Of a stretch of DNA of 64,000 bases, positions 59,461 through 64,000 are shown piece by piece. The position numbers and the translations under genes are program-made. The stretch's first letter is position 1. Each line of letters opens with the position of its first letter. The notes below the pieces were generated by a model that saw only the letters and a list, made by a program, of their open reading frames with translations, made no database searches and was not told where the DNA came from. This stretch comes from Sphingobium sp. (GTDB lineage: Bacteria > Pseudomonadota > Alphaproteobacteria > Sphingomonadales > Sphingomonadaceae), in NCBI GenBank assembly GCA_036383495.1, contig DASVOF010000004.1, positions 192-64,191 of the forward strand, in the 5' to 3' direction.

Positions 59461-60009
59461 ATGAACGAGATTGCGTCCCCAGGCCAGTTGCGCCTGGCCT
59501 ATCTACGCTGGGCTCTTGTCACCGTCCCTGTGATCGTTTTCCTCGGCTTCCTGTCGGGCAAGCTGGCCAATAGCGGCTATGGCAATCGCTGGTTCGACGC
59601 GCTGGTGAAGCCCGATCTGATGCCGCCCGGCTGGCTGTTCGGGGTCGCCTGGACGATCCTCTACATCCTGATGGCGCTGGCGCTGGCGATCGTCATTCAC
59701 GCGCGCGGGGCGAAGGGGCGGGGGATCGCTATCCTGCTCTTTTTCGTCCAGCTTGCGCTAAACTTTGTCTGGTCGCCGCTCTTCTTTCGCGCGCATCAGG
59801 TGGATAATGCGCTGGCCCTGATTCTGGGGCTGTTCGTCACCGTGGGCGTCACGGCCGCCCTGTTCGGGCGCATTCGCCGGGTGGCTGGGCTGCTGCTGCT
59901 GCCCTATCTGGCGTGGCTGGCCTTTGCCGCGCACCTCAATTATGAGATCGGCCGCCTCAACCCGGAGGCTGAAACCCTTGTCGCGCCCGCGCTCAAGACC
60001 CAGATATGA
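59461..60009 (+). CDS. tspO: TspO/MBR family protein
   Basis: WFDALVKP..PPGWLFGVAWTILY, QLALNFVWSPLFF, PYLAW. Confidence 0.9.
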   Translation: MNEIASPGQLRLAYLRWALVTVPVIVFLGFLSGKLANSGYGNRWFDALVKPDLMPPGWLFGVAWTILYILMALALAIVIHARGAKGRGIAILLFFVQLALNFVWSPLFFRAHQVDNALALILGLFVTVGVTAALFGRIRRVAGLLLLPYLAWLAFAAHLNYEIGRLNPEAETLVAPALKTQI

Positions 60010-60052
60010 TTTTTGGCGCAACCCATGCGCCCACAATGAGGACCAGAGGATC

Positions 60053-60352
60053 ATGCAGAGCGAAAACCGCTTTTTCGACGACCTTGCCAAGCTGGTGAAC
60101 GGCGCGGCCGGGACGGTCGCGGGCATGAGCCGGGAGTTTGAGACCGGCGCCCGCGAAAAGGCGAAGCAGTGGATCGGCGGGATGGATTTCGTAAGCCGCA
60201 ACGAATTCGACGCGGTGAAGGCGCTCGCCGCCGCCGCGCGCGAAGAGGTGGAGCTGCTGAAAGCCCGCATCGACGCGCTGGAAGGCAAAGCGGGGCAGCC
60301 CGTCACGAAGACGGTCAAGTCGCCCAAGGGCAAATCGACCGACGCGCAATAG
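60053..60352 (+). CDS. BMFP/UbiK family protein
   Basis: FFDDLAKL, MDFVSRNEFDAVK, LKARIDALE. Confidence 0.85.
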   Translation: MQSENRFFDDLAKLVNGAAGTVAGMSREFETGAREKAKQWIGGMDFVSRNEFDAVKALAAAAREEVELLKARIDALEGKAGQPVTKTVKSPKGKSTDAQ

Positions 60353-60460
60353 CAAGGGTTCGCCGCCGGACCATTGGATTTCTGCAACGATCCCCGGACT
60401 TCGCGCATTTTACCGAGTCGCGTGGTTTCCCCCGCGCCCGGAAATGCTTATGGCACGCAG

Positions 60461-60967
60461 ATGATGGACAGCGACGAATTTGAAAATGGCGGCCAGGAAG
60501 CCGCGCCGATCGACATGCTTGCCGCCTATTTCGAGGCGAATGGCTGGAGCTTCGATCAGGTCGGCGAGGATGAGATCGTCGCGAGCACGCAAGGGTCCTG
60601 GGCGCAATATGAGCTGCGCGGCATCTGGCGCGATGAGGATCAGGTGCTTCAGCTTCTGGCGCTGCCCGACATTCGCGTGACCGAGGAAAAGCGCCCCGCC
60701 ATCTACGAGACGCTGGGCCTTATCAATGAGCAGCTGTGGCTCGGCCATTTCGAGCTGTGGTCGTCGAGCGGCATAGTCCTGTTCCGCCACGGCGCGCTGC
60801 TGGGCGCGGGCGGGGTGCTGACGCTCGATCAGGCGCAGATATTGGTGGAGACCGCGATCGACGAGTGCGAACGCTTCTATCCGGTGTTCCAGTTCGTGCT
60901 GTGGGGCGGCAAGAGCCCGACCGAGGCGATTTCCGCCAGCCTGATCGAAACCCGCGGCGAAGCCTGA
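60461..60967 (+). CDS. YbjN domain protein
   Basis: INEQLWLGHF, ECERFYPVFQFVLW, ETRGEA; upstream of proC. Confidence 0.85.
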   Translation: MMDSDEFENGGQEAAPIDMLAAYFEANGWSFDQVGEDEIVASTQGSWAQYELRGIWRDEDQVLQLLALPDIRVTEEKRPAIYETLGLINEQLWLGHFELWSSSGIVLFRHGALLGAGGVLTLDQAQILVETAIDECERFYPVFQFVLWGGKSPTEAISASLIETRGEA

Positions 60968-60977
60968 GTTCCCTTTC

Positions 60978-61790
60978 ATGAACAATATCTGGCCCGACCA
61001 TCTGTTCCTTGTCGGTTGCGGCAATATGGCGGGGCAGATGCTGGCCCGCTGGCTCGCCTGCGGCCTTGATCCCGCCCGTGTGACCGTGCTGCGCCCCAGT
61101 GGCCGCGCCGTGGCCGACGGGGTGCGCGTGGTGACGGACTATCCGCCCTCGCTGCCGTCCGGGACCACGGTTCTGCTCGGCATGAAGCCTTACCAGCTTG
61201 CCGATGTCGCCGCCGCGCTCGCACCGATTTGCGGAGCCGACGCGCATCTTGTGTCGATCCTCGCGGGCGCGCCGCTGGCCGAATTGCGCCGGCAGTTCCC
61301 CGATGTTCGAGACATTGTGCGGGCCATGCCCAACCTGCCGGTCGGCATAGGGCAGGGCGTCACCGCGCTTCATGCGGACGAGGCGGTTTCGGCGCAAGCG
61401 CGCGCGGACGTCGATGCGCTGATCGCGCCCCTCGGGCTTGCCGAATGGATCGCCGAGGAGCGGTTGTTCAACGAAGTGACGGCGCTTTCGGGATGCGGTC
61501 CGGCCTTCCTGTTCCGCTTCATCGACGCCTTCGCCCGCGCGGGCGAAGCGATCGGCCTGCCGGCGGAACAGTCCGCCCGGATGGCGCTCGCCACCGTGCA
61601 GGGCTCGGCCAGCATGGCGGCTCAGGCGAGCGATAGCCCCGGCATCCTCGCCGACCGGGTCGCCAGTCCCGGCGGGATGACGCGCCAGGGCCTTAATGTG
61701 CTGGACGCCGACGATCGGCTGCTGAAGCTGCTTATCGATACGCTGGCGGCCGCGCGTGACCGGGGTGAGGAAATGGCGCGCGGCGGTTAG
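60978..61790 (+). CDS. proC: Pyrroline-5-carboxylate reductase
   Basis: VGCGNM, RAMPN, TALSGCGPA, VASPGG. Confidence 0.93.
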   Translation: MNNIWPDHLFLVGCGNMAGQMLARWLACGLDPARVTVLRPSGRAVADGVRVVTDYPPSLPSGTTVLLGMKPYQLADVAAALAPICGADAHLVSILAGAPLAELRRQFPDVRDIVRAMPNLPVGIGQGVTALHADEAVSAQARADVDALIAPLGLAEWIAEERLFNEVTALSGCGPAFLFRFIDAFARAGEAIGLPAEQSARMALATVQGSASMAAQASDSPGILADRVASPGGMTRQGLNVLDADDRLLKLLIDTLAAARDRGEEMARGG

Positions 61791-61803
61791 GTTTCCCCAG
61801 GGT

Positions 61804-62250
61804 TCAGGCTGGCTCCACCCGCAACACCGAGGCTTCCGCCCCAACCACGCGCACATGCGATCCGATGGGCGCATCAGGACCACGGCACGGCCAGACGCTG
61901 TCGCCGACCTTGACCCGGCCGCGCCCGGCCTCAATCGCCTCGACAACGGTCACGATCTCTCCTGTGAGACGCGCGGTGCGGTCATTGAGCAGCGGGTCCT
62001 GGGAATCCACAGGATTGGCCGTATACCAGCGGCGTCCGCCCCAGACCGCGACCAGGCACAGTGCGGCGAAGATCAGGAACTGCACCGGCATCGTTAGGGG
62101 CAGCGCGAGCGCGACCAGGCCCGTCACCGCCGCGGCGAGCGCCACCCATATCAGGAACACGCCGGGCAGCATCACTTCGCCGATGCCGAGCAGCGCGGCG
62201 AAGACCAGCCACCACCAATGGTCCTCCAGCGTAGCAAACCATTCCATCAA
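61804..62250 (-). CDS. NfeD family protein
   Basis: TM hairpins plus OB-fold GRVKVGDSVW; paired with an SPFH gene. Confidence 0.9.
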   Translation of the reverse strand: MMEWFATLEDHWWWLVFAALLGIGEVMLPGVFLIWVALAAAVTGLVALALPLTMPVQFLIFAALCLVAVWGGRRWYTANPVDSQDPLLNDRTARLTGEIVTVVEAIEAGRGRVKVGDSVWPCRGPDAPIGSHVRVVGAEASVLRVEPA

Positions 62251-63221
62251 CCCTGCCCTTGTTCGAAGGGGCCGCGCCGGGTGGGGGCGGGCGGCGGCGC
62301 GGATGGCGTCGCGGCGCCGCCCAGAGCCTCCTTCGCCAGCGCCCCGATCCCGCCCAGCGTGCCGATGAGCTGGGTCGCTTCAACCGGGAAGAGGATGGTC
62401 TTGGCGTTGGGTGATGTGGCGAACTGGCTGACGGCCTCGGTATATTTCTGGGCGATGAAGTAATTGAGCGCCTGCGGATTGCCGGCGGAGATGGCGTCGG
62501 ACACCATCTGGGTCGCCTTGGCTTCGGCTTCCGCCTCGCGCTCGCGGGCTTCGGCGTCGCGGAAGGCGGCTTCGCGGCGACCTTCGGCCTGCAATATCTG
62601 GCCCTGCTTCTCACCCTCAGCGCGCAGGATTTCGGCAGCGCGGGCGCCTTCTGCGTCCAGGATGTTGGCGCGCTTCTCACGCTCGGCTTTCATCTGGCGG
62701 CCCATGGCGTTCACGATGTCGGCGGGCGGGCGGATATCCTTGAGTTCGACGCGGGTGATCTTGATGCCCCAGGCGTTGGTGGCGTGATCGACGACCGACA
62801 GCAGGCGGGCGTTGATTTCGTCGCGCTTCGACAGCGTTTCGTCGAGGTCCATCGAGCCCATCACGGTGCGCAGGTTGGTGGTCGCCAGCTGCATGATCGC
62901 GACATAGAGTTCCGATACCTCATAAGCGGCCTTGGCGGCGTCCAGCACCTGGAAGAACACGACGCCGTCGACCGACACCATGGCGTTATCCTTGGTGATG
63001 ATCTCCTGCCCCGGAATGTCGACGACCTGCTCCATCATGTTGATCTTGCGCCCGACCGCGTAGAAAAAGGCGGGGTAGAAATTGAGGCCGGGACGCGCCA
63101 CTTCGGTGAAGCGGCCGAAGCGTTCGATCGTATATTGATAGCCCTGCCGGACCACCTTCACGCTCACGGCCAGATAGAACAGCACCAGGAACGTCACGGT
63201 CAGCGCAAATGTCGTCAGCAT
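62247..63221 (-). CDS. SPFH/stomatin-like protein (QmcA-like)
   Basis: IERFGRF, ITKDNA, QMKAEREKRA. Confidence 0.92.
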   Translation of the reverse strand: MLTTFALTVTFLVLFYLAVSVKVVRQGYQYTIERFGRFTEVARPGLNFYPAFFYAVGRKINMMEQVVDIPGQEIITKDNAMVSVDGVVFFQVLDAAKAAYEVSELYVAIMQLATTNLRTVMGSMDLDETLSKRDEINARLLSVVDHATNAWGIKITRVELKDIRPPADIVNAMGRQMKAEREKRANILDAEGARAAEILRAEGEKQGQILQAEGRREAAFRDAEAREREAEAEAKATQMVSDAISAGNPQALNYFIAQKYTEAVSQFATSPNAKTILFPVEATQLIGTLGGIGALAKEALGGAATPSAPPPAPTRRGPFEQGQG

Positions 63222-63325
63222 ATTTCTCTTCCCCCAATAAGCGATTGACTATGACGCGAAATCGTTAACGGGAAAAGGCAAACCGTCATAGGGTCGGCAA
63301 GGCCCGATACAGGAGGACAAGCCCG

Positions 63326-64000
63326 ATGTTGCTGCGCCACGCCCGATCCCTGCTGTTCCTGCCCGCGTCGAACATGCGCGCCATCGCCAAGGCGCGGACT
63401 TTGCCGTGCGACATGGTCATACTGGACCTGGAGGACGCCGTTCCCGACGACCGGAAGGAAGAGGCGCGCGCCAACGCCGTCGAGGCGGTGGGAACCGGCT
63501 TTGGCGGGCGACTGGCGGCGATCCGGATCAATGTCGAGGGCACGCCATGGCATGGGGCGGAGATGGTGGCTGTCAAGCAGTCGGCGGCGGATTATGTCGT
63601 CCTGCCCAAGGTCGAAACGCCCAAGCAGGTGATGGACGTGTTCAGCGTCTGCCAGAAGCCGGTCATCGCAATGATCGAGAGCGCGGCGGGCGTGCTGGCG
63701 GCGCGGGCCATTGCATCGGCGGAGGGGACGGCGGGCCTGTTCATGGGCAATAACGACCTGCGGCAGGATCTGGGCATTCCGCCCTCTGCGGGTCGCGAAG
63801 GACTTTCGCTGGCGCTGCAATCGGTCATATTGGCGGCGCGGGCCGCCCGTGTCGCGGTCTTCGATGGCGTGTTCAACCGTCTGGACGATGAAGCGGGCTT
63901 CGAAGTCGAATGCGCCGCCGGTCACAGCATCGGCTTCGATGGCAAGACGTTGATCCACCCCAGTCAGGTGCCGGTCGCCAATCAGGTTTTCGGTCCCGAG
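63326..64000 (+). CDS. CitE/HpcH family CoA-ester lyase; runs off the window end
   Basis: Manual translation MLLRHARSLLFLPASN...ILDLEDAV...LPKVE...MIES...GFDGKTLIHPSQ. Confidence 0.9.
   Translation, partial: MLLRHARSLLFLPASNMRAIAKARTLPCDMVILDLEDAVPDDRKEEARANAVEAVGTGFGGRLAAIRINVEGTPWHGAEMVAVKQSAADYVVLPKVETPKQVMDVFSVCQKPVIAMIESAAGVLAARAIASAEGTAGLFMGNNDLRQDLGIPPSAGREGLSLALQSVILAARAARVAVFDGVFNRLDDEAGFEVECAAGHSIGFDGKTLIHPSQVPVANQVFGPE

Overview
GC-rich alphaproteobacterial chromosome segment; gene content and protein style suggest Sphingomonadaceae (Sphingobium-like; inference). It is mostly core genes: sodB, yciB-ftsY-mtaB-dapF, ffh-rpsP-rimM-trmD-rplS, chvI-chvG-hprK-rapZ-EIIA-HPr, pckA, fpr, lptD-surA-pdxA-rsmA, pepA-holC-ndk, tRNA-Cys, pcm-tolC-popZ-valS, a MATE transporter, a HerA-like ATPase, phoK, dsbD-tlyA, an RND pump, tspO, proC and SPFH/NfeD. 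No integrase, transposase, CRISPR array or rRNA was seen. Three things stand out. (1) About 11 REP/MITE-like palindromic elements from four families, two of them translated in frame inside housekeeping enzymes (MtaB, ValS). (2) A 42.5-50.6 kb module (secreted protein, two paralogous OmpR-family regulators with one degenerate, beta-carbonic anhydrase, SulP, TorF porin, kinase, serine acetyltransferase) whose leaders carry 10-bp-phased repeats and SD-sequestering helices, including a switch-like leader before the porin. (3) Three small AT-richer insertions in conserved gene order, including a zeta-toxin-like pair between popZ and valS. All pairings and alignments were done by eye; no searches were run.
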